64,000 nt of DNA from Clostridia bacterium (GCA_017462965.1 JAFTQC010000022.1:96242-160241); one strand, 5' to 3'. Positions 38,872 through 48,496 are shown, counted from the stretch's first letter. Made by a program: numbers and translations. Notes: generated from the sequence alone by a model not told the origin.

Positions 38872-39567
38872 TTGAGAAGAGGCCGTGAGTTGGAGACTAT
38901 AAAAAGTTTGAAACTGAAAATTGAACAATTAGAGTCACAAAATAAAGTTTTGTTAAATATGTATGAAAGTGTTAGAGAGTTTAAGCATGATTACGGGAAT
39001 TTCATCCAGATTCTCGATGGTTACAGTAAGATGAATAGTATGGATGGTGTTAAGAAGTTGTGTAATAAAGCAAAGCTAATTTATAAGGATGTTAATAATA
39101 TGGGAATGCTTACACCTGAACTTATAAATAATCCTGTAATTTATAATATTATTGTGAGTAAATTTTTTACTGCGAAGGACTTTGGTATAAATATTAATTT
39201 AGAAGCTGCTATTGATTTCGAAAGTATAGAAGATAAGATTTCCGGAGAGGATTTTTTGTATATATTTACAGAACTTTTAGATAATGCAATTGAATCGGCA
39301 AAGTTTAGTGATAAGAAAGAGATTAATATTACTTTTTCGGAAGATATTAGTCAAAATTGTATATATGTAATAATTGAAAATACGTATAAAGTAGATGAAT
39401 TGAATTTAGATAAAATATATGAAAAAGGGTACACTACGAGAAGTGAGAAGAGCAAAGAACATGGATTTGGGCTTTGGAATGTTAAAAAGATTCTGAAACG
39501 TTCGGATAGTCTGGAGTTGTATACTTCGAAGGGAGATATGTTTATTCAAGAGATAAAAATAAAGTGA
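38872..39567 (+). CDS. GHKL/HPK10-type histidine-kinase ATPase fragment lacking a membrane sensor domain
   Basis: H-box FKHDYGNF; N-box ELLDNAIES; G-box GFGLWNV. Confidence 0.6.
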   Translation: MRRGRELETIKSLKLKIEQLESQNKVLLNMYESVREFKHDYGNFIQILDGYSKMNSMDGVKKLCNKAKLIYKDVNNMGMLTPELINNPVIYNIIVSKFFTAKDFGININLEAAIDFESIEDKISGEDFLYIFTELLDNAIESAKFSDKKEINITFSEDISQNCIYVIIENTYKVDELNLDKIYEKGYTTRSEKSKEHGFGLWNVKKILKRSDSLELYTSKGDMFIQEIKIK

Positions 39568-39641
39568 ATATATTTTTGTTGTGCGCAGAAAATTATAATG
39601 CTAAAATATTTTTGAAGAAAATTTTTTAGGAGGTTATTTGA

Positions 39642-40796
39642 ATGGCTAATAGATTTATTTTAAATGAAACATCTTATTTTGGAAGAGGTGCTAGAGAGGT
39701 TCTTAGCACAGAGATTAAAAATAGAGGATTCAACAAAGTTCTTGTTGTTACTGATAAAACTTTACTTGAATGTGGAGTTGCTGGAAAGGTTACAGCAAAG
39801 CTTGATAATGCAGGGATTGCATATGATGTGTTTGCTGAATTAAAGCCAAACCCAACTGTTAAAAATGTACAAGATGGTGTTGAAGCTTGTAAAAATTCTG
39901 GAGCGGATGTTATTGTTACTGTTGGTGGCGGTTCTGCAATCGATACTGCAAAAGGTATTTCTATTATAATGACAAATCCAGAACATGCTGATGTTGTTTC
40001 TTTAAATGGTGTTGTTGAGACTAAAAATCATGGTCTTCCTATAATTGCGCTTCCTACAACAGCTGGTACTGCGGCAGAAGTTACAATTAACTATGTTATA
40101 ACAGATGAGGAAAGAGATGTTAAAATGGTTTGTATCGATCCACATGACATTCCTGTTCTTGCAATTGTTGATACTGAATTAATGGAGACTATGCCAAAAT
40201 CAATTGCTGCTGCAACTGGTCTTGATGCGTTGACACATGCCATTGAAGGATATATCACAAAAGGTGCAAACTTGATGTCAGATATGTTCCATATGAAAGC
40301 GATTCAATTAATATTCGAGAATTTACCTGCTGCGGTAAACGAAAAGAATCCAGAAGCTGTTGAAAAAATGGGATATGCTCAATATATTGCTGGTATGGGC
40401 TTTTCAAATGTTGGTCTTGGAATAGTTCATTCACTTGCGCACCAACTTGGTGCTGTTTATGATACTCCTCATGGAATTGCAAACGCAATATTGCTTCCTT
40501 ACGTAATGGAATTTAACGGAGAAGTTTGCTATGAAAGATTTAGAGAAATTTTGTTAGGGCTTGGAATTACAGAAGCTAAAGAAATGAATAAAGAAGAATT
40601 AATTGCAAGAATGGTTTCTGAAATTAGAGAGCTTTCTGCAAAAGTTGGTGTTACACAAACTGTTTCAGAGGTTGGTGGAAAAGAAGAAGATTTAGACATG
40701 CTTGCAGAAAAAGCATTTGTAGACCCTTGCTATGGAGGAAATCCTAGAACAGCAAGCGTTGAAGATTTGAAAAACTTATATAAAGCTGCTATGTAA
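39642..40796 (+). CDS. Iron-containing alcohol dehydrogenase
   Basis: GGGSAIDTAKG motif, His-rich metal site HAIEGY...HSLAHQLG. Confidence 0.85.
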   Translation: MANRFILNETSYFGRGAREVLSTEIKNRGFNKVLVVTDKTLLECGVAGKVTAKLDNAGIAYDVFAELKPNPTVKNVQDGVEACKNSGADVIVTVGGGSAIDTAKGISIIMTNPEHADVVSLNGVVETKNHGLPIIALPTTAGTAAEVTINYVITDEERDVKMVCIDPHDIPVLAIVDTELMETMPKSIAAATGLDALTHAIEGYITKGANLMSDMFHMKAIQLIFENLPAAVNEKNPEAVEKMGYAQYIAGMGFSNVGLGIVHSLAHQLGAVYDTPHGIANAILLPYVMEFNGEVCYERFREILLGLGITEAKEMNKEELIARMVSEIRELSAKVGVTQTVSEVGGKEEDLDMLAEKAFVDPCYGGNPRTASVEDLKNLYKAAM

Positions 40797-40862
40797 TAAA
40801 AAAAGGACAAGGGGCGTCCCCATTGCTAAAAAAGAGGCTAGCCTACAAATAGGCTAGCCTTT
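40797..40862. repeat. GGACAAGGGGCGTCCCC unit plus self-complementary aggctagcct x2 hairpin
   Basis: aggctagcct-acaaat-aggctagcct between convergent genes. Confidence 0.7.
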
Positions 40863-40868
40863 GAAGTG

Positions 40869-41693
40869 TCAGGGTTCGCTGGTAATTTTGAATGTGATGA
40901 CGTGTCCCAGCATGGAGGGGAGAGCGGCCATAAAGCTATCAAGTATGGCGTCTATTCCGCCATTTTCGACTTTTTCTTCCATGCTTTCGAAGTTTTTGAT
41001 TGCTTCAATTGACAATTGTAATTGCTCGTCTGTGGGTGTAGAGAGGATTAGGTACTGCAGTCCTCTGTGAACTTGGTATTTTGTGCAAAGGAAGCAGAAA
41101 AGTAGCAAGATGGCTAAACCAATTGGATATGCTAGTGTGTTCGAACCACCAAAAAGTGCGTAAATGATACACAAAGTTACACCGTAGATGAGCTTGAGAA
41201 ACATTGAGTTTGAACCACAATGCTTGGAAATCCTTGAAGAGTTTTTTACTTCTTCGAGTGTCGGAATTCGCTGGAGCTTGGCGTACGCACTGATTACCAT
41301 GTGTTCTGCAGAGTGAAATTGTGAAACTTTATAGAACGGACTTGATTTCCGCTTGTACATGTACCAAACTCGGAAGAATGACAGCAGATTTGGCAGTGCG
41401 AAAAAAGTGAAGAAGAGTGAGATAAAAAACTCGTGTATGCTGGCAGAAAGGATTCCAAGAATGATGATTAATCCACTCAATAGAATCTGTAATTTCGTTT
41501 CAGAAAACTTGAATGTTTTCTTGATTTTTGACTGTTCGATTCCACGGAGAAACTGTATCGGTGCTGTTATGCTACATATTTCGTTTTGTTCGTTGAAGTA
41601 CGTTTTTACCCCCATTCCCTGAACTGTATTGGAGTGAAAAATGATTCCATCCCGGTTGGACTCGGCTTCTTGGACGTGTTTATTGTTCGCCAT
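40869..41693 (-). CDS. Membrane protein, DUF1385 (YqhQ)-like
   Basis: 274 aa with several TM helices and HSAEHM motif; assignment tentative. Confidence 0.45.
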   Translation of the reverse strand: MANNKHVQEAESNRDGIIFHSNTVQGMGVKTYFNEQNEICSITAPIQFLRGIEQSKIKKTFKFSETKLQILLSGLIIILGILSASIHEFFISLFFTFFALPNLLSFFRVWYMYKRKSSPFYKVSQFHSAEHMVISAYAKLQRIPTLEEVKNSSRISKHCGSNSMFLKLIYGVTLCIIYALFGGSNTLAYPIGLAILLLFCFLCTKYQVHRGLQYLILSTPTDEQLQLSIEAIKNFESMEEKVENGGIDAILDSFMAALPSMLGHVITFKITSEP

Positions 41694-41796
41694 AACAAGT
41701 CTCCTTTTTCAAGATTTTTTACCAATAGAGTATACAACAATTTACATAAAAATTCAACAAGAAAGCACCTGAGGACATCCCCAAGTGCTTTCTTTT

Positions 41797-42567
41797 TTAT
41801 ACTCCTTTCTCGAGTGCAAGTTCATACACCCATTCCCAGAAGAAATCTTCCAGGAAGACAAGTGGTGCTTGTCCATGGGACCAATTCCCAACCATGTAGG
41901 CGTTTTTGGTTATGCCATCTGTGACTTGACATCTTTTTGCGTATTTGCTTTTGGAAATATCGAGGTCGAACAGATTGCTGAAGTCAGAACGCCTGTGAAT
42001 GCTGTCGTTTTCACCGTAAGCGACAAAACAATTTTTTGTGAATTGAAGCTTAGATGATTCGGCAGGTTTGTTTCCTGAAATGAAGACGTATCCGTCTAGA
42101 TACGGATTTTCAGCAATTGCAACTTTGTATGCTGCAATGGCGCCGTTTGAGTGTCCTGCAAGAAGTAGCAAAGCATCAGGAAATTTATCGTGGATGTCTT
42201 TTATGACATTGGACAAATCCTTTTGTTGCTTGCGAAATTGAGCGTTGCCACGGGATTGCGGACAGATTATGAGGACTTCATCAGTCATTTGCAAAGTATT
42301 TTCCTTTGCGTATTTCAGTGGATGGTTGACTTTTGACATTACCCAGAGGTCGTTTATGTTACTGCCGCCATTGTTTCCATCGCCGTGAAGGTAAATGATT
42401 ACAATGTTTGGTGTAACGATGTCGTCTTCTGGATAAATCCATGCTTGGTTCCAAGGATTGCTACGTTTTTCAACTACAGTGATTGCTTTTGCTGGACACA
42501 AAGTGGCAGAAAAAAGAATCACTGTTACTGTAAAACATAGCAAGCACCGCATGAAAATAGATTTCAT
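41797..42567 (-). CDS. Secreted alpha/beta-hydrolase esterase
   Basis: Signal peptide; GHSNGA nucleophile elbow. Confidence 0.7.
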   Translation of the reverse strand: MKSIFMRCLLCFTVTVILFSATLCPAKAITVVEKRSNPWNQAWIYPEDDIVTPNIVIIYLHGDGNNGGSNINDLWVMSKVNHPLKYAKENTLQMTDEVLIICPQSRGNAQFRKQQKDLSNVIKDIHDKFPDALLLLAGHSNGAIAAYKVAIAENPYLDGYVFISGNKPAESSKLQFTKNCFVAYGENDSIHRRSDFSNLFDLDISKSKYAKRCQVTDGITKNAYMVGNWSHGQAPLVFLEDFFWEWVYELALEKGV

Positions 42568-42630
42568 GGAAAATGGTAACCTCCTTTTTGCGAATTTACA
42601 TAATTATACCACAAAATCTGTAAAAAGGGA

Positions 42631-42663
42631 ATCGTCCATTTAACGGACGTCTCTCGTGGATGA
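42631..42663. repeat. GACGGACGTC-type palindromic unit
   Basis: atcgtccatttaacggacgtctctcgtggatga; related copies at 49360-49390 and 57430-57463. Confidence 0.7.
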
Positions 42664-42763
42664 AAATTATGTTTACTTTAGCAAGATGCTGTGATATAAT
42701 CCTGCATGGTAAATATCCCTGATATACAGACGTTTTCTACACTAAGAATGTCAATTTTAGGAG

Positions 42764-44398
42764 GTGCAGTATGTGAATCTGAACAATGCAGTCGCAGTTA
42801 AACGGTTGGTTCCGAAAAGCTATCATTTCGATGGCTACAATGAGCTCAATCGTCAGAATTCCCGGGACAAGCCATTTTTCAGTCAGAACACAGTGAGTTT
42901 CGGTGAACGGTACTATCTTCACATAAGACCGTGGGCCGATGAGATTGTATTCCTGGATTTCGAGAGTCCTTGCGGATTTGGACGGATTGCGTTCGAGTCT
43001 TATCATCTCAGTCTTGATGAGTTTGTCAGCAAGCTTACTAAGGCGGTACAGGATGATGCGGACTTCATAACGTTCGAAATTCCGGTGAGGTACAGAGAAC
43101 GGAAGATTTGCGGTGGTTGTGGAACTGAAAACGAGGCATGTATGATGCTTCTGAAGACTAAGCCCAAAAGCGTCATGGCAGCGGTTTCTTTCGACATGGA
43201 TGAGGTAAAATATGCCCTGGCTAGATACCATGGCATTGTAGCTAACAACGAACCAATTAGAGGAGGAATTAACATGAAGGGCAAGAAGAACTTTTTCGGC
43301 ATGAATTTCGAGTTTGGTCGTTCTCGTGACATCAACCTGGCCTCTACGCTGATGGGCGTCGCGGTGCGCAACAGTGCGAGTGGCAATTGGTATGTCTTTG
43401 ATTCTGCGAACAACACCCGGAAGAACCTGGCCAATCTGAAGATGGGCAATTTCCCTGTTTTCCTGTTGCCGGTTGCGCAGCTCTCCGTCGGTGATCTGAC
43501 GAAGATCGACGGTCAGTACTACTACGTTCAGGAGAAGAAGCCGAACAATTCCATGGTGCTGGTGAGCGCGGCCGACGGCTTTGTCCGCGAGATGATTCCG
43601 GAGCAGGGCCTTATTCCTGGCATGAGTATCCATACCAAGGTGGTTGCGTTCGACATCAATTCCATGACGAATCCTTCTTCGAAGGAGAACATGGGTGGCA
43701 GTGTTCTGGCGGCCATGTGCATGATGGGCTGGGCTGATGGCGGCAAGCATGAATTTTCTCTGGACAACATTCAGGATGATTCTTTCAATGGTCTCGGTGC
43801 CTGCCTGCCCATGTTGATGGCGGCGAATAACGGTGGCGATTTCGGCAGTCTTTTCAAGAGTGCCGACGGTAGCCTGAATCTGACGACTCTGATGATGCTG
43901 GGCTCCGATTCTGGTGGAAATGATATGGACAACATGATGCAGCTCGTGGTTCTACAGCAGTTGCTTGGCGGTGGCCAGGGCGGCATGCCGAATATCCTCG
44001 GTCAGAATGTTGTGGTTCCTGGCGCTCCTGTTACTCCTGTAGCTTCGGCTGGCGAGGTATCTGCTGATGAAGTCGAATGCGAGAAGTGTGGCCAGAGCTA
44101 TCCGGCGGGTACGAATTTCTGCCCCAAGTGCGGAGGTAAGACGGCATCCAAGATTACTGTTTGCCGGGCCTGCGGTGCTACGCTCATGAAGGGTGCATCA
44201 TTCTGCCATAAGTGCGGTACCAAGGCTACGCTGACGGTGTGCAGCAAGTGCAATCGCGTTCTGGGCCCCGATGAGCTGTTCTGCATGAATTGTGGTACGA
44301 AGGCCGGCGAAAAGGCTGAGGATACGAATCCCGTCAAAGCATGTGGAGAGCATCCCAAGCTTCCGGAAGTGATCGAATCCGAGCCCTGCAACGGCTGA
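42764..44398 (+). CDS. GC-rich hypothetical protein with C-terminal array of zinc-ribbon motifs
   Basis: C-terminus CEKCG..FCPKCG, CRACG..FCHKCG, CSKCN..FCMNCG; GTG start (42764 or 42773) with aggagg RBS. Confidence 0.65.
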   Translation: MQYVNLNNAVAVKRLVPKSYHFDGYNELNRQNSRDKPFFSQNTVSFGERYYLHIRPWADEIVFLDFESPCGFGRIAFESYHLSLDEFVSKLTKAVQDDADFITFEIPVRYRERKICGGCGTENEACMMLLKTKPKSVMAAVSFDMDEVKYALARYHGIVANNEPIRGGINMKGKKNFFGMNFEFGRSRDINLASTLMGVAVRNSASGNWYVFDSANNTRKNLANLKMGNFPVFLLPVAQLSVGDLTKIDGQYYYVQEKKPNNSMVLVSAADGFVREMIPEQGLIPGMSIHTKVVAFDINSMTNPSSKENMGGSVLAAMCMMGWADGGKHEFSLDNIQDDSFNGLGACLPMLMAANNGGDFGSLFKSADGSLNLTTLMMLGSDSGGNDMDNMMQLVVLQQLLGGGQGGMPNILGQNVVVPGAPVTPVASAGEVSADEVECEKCGQSYPAGTNFCPKCGGKTASKITVCRACGATLMKGASFCHKCGTKATLTVCSKCNRVLGPDELFCMNCGTKAGEKAEDTNPVKACGEHPKLPEVIESEPCNG

Positions 44399-44435
44399 GC
44401 AACAATGGCTTCACATGAAGTAGAGGTGAGTTACG

Positions 44436-44714
44436 ATGGGGCTTAACATCCGCAAACGAGTCCTCATTCATGAGGAAGTGGTTCATAGATGCAAATCTTG
44501 CAACGTCATATTTGGCAAAGATGCTTTGTTTTGCTCTCAATGTGGTAAACCGCTCGAAAAAGAGAAAACAAAAATCTATGCTAATTACGGCAAAAAAGGA
44601 CTTACATCTCTTAGCTATGTCTCGCCTGACGGCACAACGTTCAACACTAAAGGAAAGCTCACTCAAAAAATCGCAGACGGCGTTTCATACACAACGAACA
44701 TGAACAAATCCTGA
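44436..44714 (+). CDS. Small zinc-ribbon protein
   Basis: CKSCN...FCSQCG motif. Confidence 0.55.
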   Translation: MGLNIRKRVLIHEEVVHRCKSCNVIFGKDALFCSQCGKPLEKEKTKIYANYGKKGLTSLSYVSPDGTTFNTKGKLTQKIADGVSYTTNMNKS

Positions 44715-44728
44715 TAATTCAGGACAAC

Positions 44729-44770
44729 AAAAAATGGACAAGGGGACGGTTCTCTTGTCCATTTTTTTTA
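44729..44770 (+). terminator. Rho-independent terminator (repeat-family hairpin)
   Basis: aaaaatggacaag-gggacggttct-cttgtccatttttttt. Confidence 0.7.
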
Positions 44771-44912
44771 GCAAGAGGCAGCAAGAGGGAACGTCATCAA
44801 CGGGGACAGCCCTTTTTGATAAACATAAACATTAATAAAAGTGTAAATTATTTTTACTTATTTATCAAAAAGGGCTGTCCCCGTTGATGACGTTCCCTCT
44901 TGCTGCCTCTTG
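44771..44912. repeat. Compound MITE-like inverted repeat of GGGACAGCCC family (52-bp perfect arms, 37-nt AT-rich centre)
   Basis: 44771-44823 exact reverse complement of 44861-44912. Confidence 0.85.
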
Positions 44913-44980
44913 ATGATTCCGTCTCCATGTCCCAAAAAGGAGCGTCCCTCTTGCTGAAAAAGGAAACGCTCCAATTTGTC

Positions 44981-46204
44981 TTAATACGTGAGCTGCTGGA
45001 TTGTATCTAGCTTTTTTAGCTCGTGCACCAAAATTGATTGGGCGAGCTGGTGAAAGGTGTTAAGTGAAGTGTTTGGAAGGCTTTTCAAAGCCCTTTGCCT
45101 GTAGTAGTATAGAGTGTCATTTACTATTTGATCGAGGCAGGTGAATGTAACGTTCACAGTATGCGGAATCGAAATACCGTTGAGGTGCAACAAATCCTTG
45201 TTTATTGCAGAGGCGAGCAGGTCAAAGTCCAAGTATCCGAATCTAATGGAGCCTTGGAATTTATTGTGAACATTTGTAGGGTCATATACTTTGGCATAAG
45301 GCTTGCCCAAAACTTCTCGAGGGAACGGGCCTGCGCCATGGCGGGTGAGATAGCACCTGCTCATGTAGTAAAGATCCATTTGTCCTTGATAACTCATATC
45401 TGTCAAGCTTTTGAGCACATTTTGAACGCCGGTGTTTGATGTTGTTACGTGAGGAAAGAACTCTTGATTATTCTGATCCAAAAGGAGTCCTTGAGCACCT
45501 TCGAACACGACATCATTGAAACGTGAGAAAATTTCGTTTCCTCGAATGCTTACATTTGCCAAAAATTCTTGCGCGAAGAATGAGAAAAATTCCCAATTCA
45601 TTTGATCACCAAAAGCATCTTGAAATTCTTCTGGTAAATCACATAACTCGAGGCCATATTCTTCGTGAAGACGCTTGGGCACGTATTCATTGCGAATCGC
45701 AGAAAATTTTCTCTGAAGAGTTGCAAACGAGAATAAATCGGTAACTGTAATTTTGAAGTCATCGATTGAGCTTCTTATTACAGTTTCGTTGATTCCTAAG
45801 CCGCAACTACCGTGACGATTTGTACCGCGCATTGTCTCAACAGCTTGATTAATATAGATATCCCAAGGTGTTGTCACGATGGCATCGGGATGTACGAAAA
45901 CATTAGGATGGAGCTCAAATTTTTTCTGAAGCTCACTAAGTTCCATACAAAAAGCCATTGGATTAACTATAAAATCTTCTGAGAGATATGTTTTGGCACC
46001 ATTGAAAGAACCAGATCCAAAGTGGCTGAAAGCATGGCGCTTTCCGTCTTTGGAAATCGCTGTATGCGAAGCTTGTGCTCCACCATTGAACCTAACATTC
46101 AATGTATTGTTGTTGCAAAATCGGCTAGTCATGTGGCCTTTACCTTCGTCGCCCCATAAACTTCCGATTACAACAGAGCATTTGTCCAAGAAACTCACCA
46201 CCAT
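44981..46204 (-). CDS. Divergent adenylosuccinate synthetase (PurA)-like enzyme
   Basis: PurA motifs GSLWGDEGKGH, VFEGAQGLLLD...HVTTSNTG, YLTRHGAGPFP; GC-rich. Confidence 0.75.
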   Translation of the reverse strand: MVVSFLDKCSVVIGSLWGDEGKGHMTSRFCNNNTLNVRFNGGAQASHTAISKDGKRHAFSHFGSGSFNGAKTYLSEDFIVNPMAFCMELSELQKKFELHPNVFVHPDAIVTTPWDIYINQAVETMRGTNRHGSCGLGINETVIRSSIDDFKITVTDLFSFATLQRKFSAIRNEYVPKRLHEEYGLELCDLPEEFQDAFGDQMNWEFFSFFAQEFLANVSIRGNEIFSRFNDVVFEGAQGLLLDQNNQEFFPHVTTSNTGVQNVLKSLTDMSYQGQMDLYYMSRCYLTRHGAGPFPREVLGKPYAKVYDPTNVHNKFQGSIRFGYLDFDLLASAINKDLLHLNGISIPHTVNVTFTCLDQIVNDTLYYYRQRALKSLPNTSLNTFHQLAQSILVHELKKLDTIQQLTY

Positions 46205-46211
46205 TCAATTT

Positions 46212-46268
46212 AGAAATTGGGACGGTCCCTTTTTCCAATTTGGAAAATAGAACCGTCCCAAATTCCAA
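46212..46268. repeat. GGAAATTGGGACGGTCC-type imperfect palindrome inside operon intergenic gap
   Basis: ggaaattgggacggt ... accgtcccaaattcc. Confidence 0.65.
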
Positions 46269-46272
46269 TTAT

Positions 46273-47232
46273 TTAGAAGACGTCAATAGGATGATCATTC
46301 TTCTTATTGGATGCGTCAGTGCTTACGGTTTCTTCGTGATACCGCAGTGCATCACGGACAATGCCTTTGGCACGTTCGCCTTGAATCAGGTCGATTGCCT
46401 CAGTTTTGCTAAGGCCTTCGTACATCTTGATGATTGTAGTGACGAGTTCAGGCATGAACTTGTGGTCGGAAAGGTCGCATGCGTGGCCTTTCATGAGCCT
46501 GCGCCATTCGGAAACTGTGCGCTCAGGATGGTGAGTGTAATAGTTGCCGTGCAGGATGATGTGGTAACAGTAGAACTTCTCCGATGCCATCTCAAGGCAG
46601 TCAGAAGCTGTTACGAGACGTACCGGATGAGGGTCGTTCTTACCAAACACGCTGCGAATCTCCCTGTCCGTCAGGTGGGGCGTGGGACATTCATCACCAA
46701 AAGTGAAGAGAAAACCTTTTTCGCCGCGCTTGTCGACACAGTCCATCTTGATGAACTTGCCAGCGAAGTACCACGGCAGGATGTAGCTTTCGTAGTGGTT
46801 GCCACCACCGCCTTCTTCGAGATAAATTTTCTCGAGCTGTTCGAGGATTCTGATGTCGGCCTCAAACTGAGTGACTTGAAGCGGTGCTTCGTCGTAGCCA
46901 GCAACGTCACCGACGCCCATGAACATGATGTGGGGATCGAAGTTGACGCTGTTATAAATGAGATTGGTCAGACGCGGGAACTCGGTTTTCACGAGACTGA
47001 GCAGGAATCGTGACATGGAACCAGTCACGTCCTCAGCAAAAATGATGCCGCGAGAATTCGGGCTTGTTGCAGAGTCACATGCTTCGCGAGGAAGCTTCAT
47101 TTGTGCCGGATCGAACAGGGGATGCATTTTGGTTTCCTTGAAAACCTGATTTGCAGTCATGACCCTGTCGATGGAACGAGATGCGTAAAAGTTCTTCATG
47201 TCGGAATGAGAAATTCGACCTCCACCACCCAT
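46273..47232 (-). CDS. von Willebrand factor A (vWA) domain protein
   Basis: MIDAS motif DVTGSMS (DxSGS). Confidence 0.65.
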   Translation of the reverse strand: MGGGGRISHSDMKNFYASRSIDRVMTANQVFKETKMHPLFDPAQMKLPREACDSATSPNSRGIIFAEDVTGSMSRFLLSLVKTEFPRLTNLIYNSVNFDPHIMFMGVGDVAGYDEAPLQVTQFEADIRILEQLEKIYLEEGGGGNHYESYILPWYFAGKFIKMDCVDKRGEKGFLFTFGDECPTPHLTDREIRSVFGKNDPHPVRLVTASDCLEMASEKFYCYHIILHGNYYTHHPERTVSEWRRLMKGHACDLSDHKFMPELVTTIIKMYEGLSKTEAIDLIQGERAKGIVRDALRYHEETVSTDASNKKNDHPIDVF

Positions 47233-47256
47233 AAAAAATTCCTCCTTAGATGGTAA

Positions 47257-48309
47257 TTATTTTATCGAAATGTCCAGCGGGACAAATCTTCGTGAGGGGA
47301 AACTTTGGCTTAAAACCTCGTCGTAGATTCCAAATTGCTCGTATGCATTTTTTTCTACAGAAGACGAGTTAAGCCAAGTTGCAAGTGGCTCTGGGACATC
47401 AGTTCTGAAATGTGCACCATTCGGATCACCAAGCAATTCGCGTGCAATACGTTTGATTGCAAGCGAATCAACAGCAAAGTTAGAAAAACCATGCTCCTTG
47501 ACGGATGCAGGGGCAATGTCAAGAATTTCTTTTGGCATCCCTTTGATTTGCTCGTCTGTCCATGTCGAAAAGAACCATCCGCCATACACACCGACAATTC
47601 TGATGTCGTCGAGAGTAACCTTTTGGCCATTTTCAACGAAGTTGCCAGGAGCGAAAAAGAGATTGTCGATTGTGATTGCGTTGTGTGTAATCCCGATGAG
47701 ATCAAGATAACACGCAAAGTAATGAAGCCTTGTGAGAATGGATGTGACAACTTCTGCGCTCAAACTTCCGCCGCAATACTCCAAAATTTCCCGGAGGGGA
47801 TAAATTTTGTTTTTGGGCTTTTTGAGGATGATTGCAAAATCGCCATCTTCGCATTCAAAGTGGCTTGCGAGCTTGGGAAGAGAGTACTTGACTTTATCCC
47901 AAATTTCCTTGGAAATCTTGGTAAAGCTGGATGCTTTCTGAATGTAATTTTCGTAGTATTCTTTGTATTCACTGTGTACCACGAAAATGATGTTCGCATC
48001 AGAAACATACATCGTACCAAGCTTACTGTCGTAGAAGTTGTAGATATTGTAAGAACAATCTGATTGTCCATCCTTTGAAACAAGTTGCAATGTAGATTCA
48101 TGATCCGGGGCCTCAAGCAATTCCAAGGCTTTTCTATAGAGTTGAATGACTTTTTGGCTTGCCATGAAGTGTTTGACTGTATTGTATGGAGCTGGTTTAA
48201 AGAGCTCCAGATACTCGTCGCGCTGCATTTCAAGCGTATCCAAGTTCAGCTCAAATAGTTGCCGTGGAGACGTTGCTCTTATGACTTCATCAGCCGTTTT
48301 GAGTTTCAT
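47257..48309 (-). CDS. Hypothetical protein, possibly kinase-like fold
   Basis: 350 aa; 24-nt gap to vWA gene; segment LDLIGITHNAITIDNLFF weakly reminiscent of kinase catalytic loops; no confident family. Confidence 0.55.
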   Translation of the reverse strand: MKLKTADEVIRATSPRQLFELNLDTLEMQRDEYLELFKPAPYNTVKHFMASQKVIQLYRKALELLEAPDHESTLQLVSKDGQSDCSYNIYNFYDSKLGTMYVSDANIIFVVHSEYKEYYENYIQKASSFTKISKEIWDKVKYSLPKLASHFECEDGDFAIILKKPKNKIYPLREILEYCGGSLSAEVVTSILTRLHYFACYLDLIGITHNAITIDNLFFAPGNFVENGQKVTLDDIRIVGVYGGWFFSTWTDEQIKGMPKEILDIAPASVKEHGFSNFAVDSLAIKRIARELLGDPNGAHFRTDVPEPLATWLNSSSVEKNAYEQFGIYDEVLSQSFPSRRFVPLDISIK

Positions 48310-48422
48310 GTCATCACACCTTTCTAAAATTGGTCGTAAAATTATCGTGAACCGTGTGAAAAACCGATTAAATTAACATAAAATATATACCATAAAAAGC
48401 GTGCTGAGTCAAGTAGCAAGCT

Positions 48423-48446
48423 AGCAAGAGGGACGCCCCTCTTGCT
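48423..48446. repeat. Short GGGACGCCCC hairpin
   Basis: agcaagagggacgcccctcttgct. Confidence 0.7.
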
Positions 48447-48455
48447 AGAAAAAAA

Positions 48456-48490
48456 GCACCCCACACGTATTTGTGCGGGGTGCAGTAGTA
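48456..48490 (-). terminator. Stem-loop gcaccccacacg...cgtgtggggtgc with T-run on minus strand
   Basis: Perfect inverted repeat then aaaaaaa (plus) downstream of 48497 gene. Confidence 0.65.
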
Positions 48491-48496
48491 GAATAG

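Noticed and set aside
38595-44912. Possibility that the GC-rich direct and inverted repeats form a CRISPR array
   Set aside because: Copies are scattered across about 30 kb at intergenic sites. They are inverted rather than regularly spaced direct repeats, there are no uniform spacers, and no cas genes lie nearby.
46240-47013. Long plus-strand ORFs overlapping the minus-strand GC-rich genes (also 45128-45439, 47335-48063, 48551-49291, 52243-53454, 55964-56851, 32932-33414 and 42737-43750 on the opposite strand)
   Set aside because: High GC makes stop codons rare, so long ORFs appear in several frames. The opposite-strand products carry recognisable motifs (MIDAS, PurA, Walker A, HD), whereas these do not and lack RBSs.
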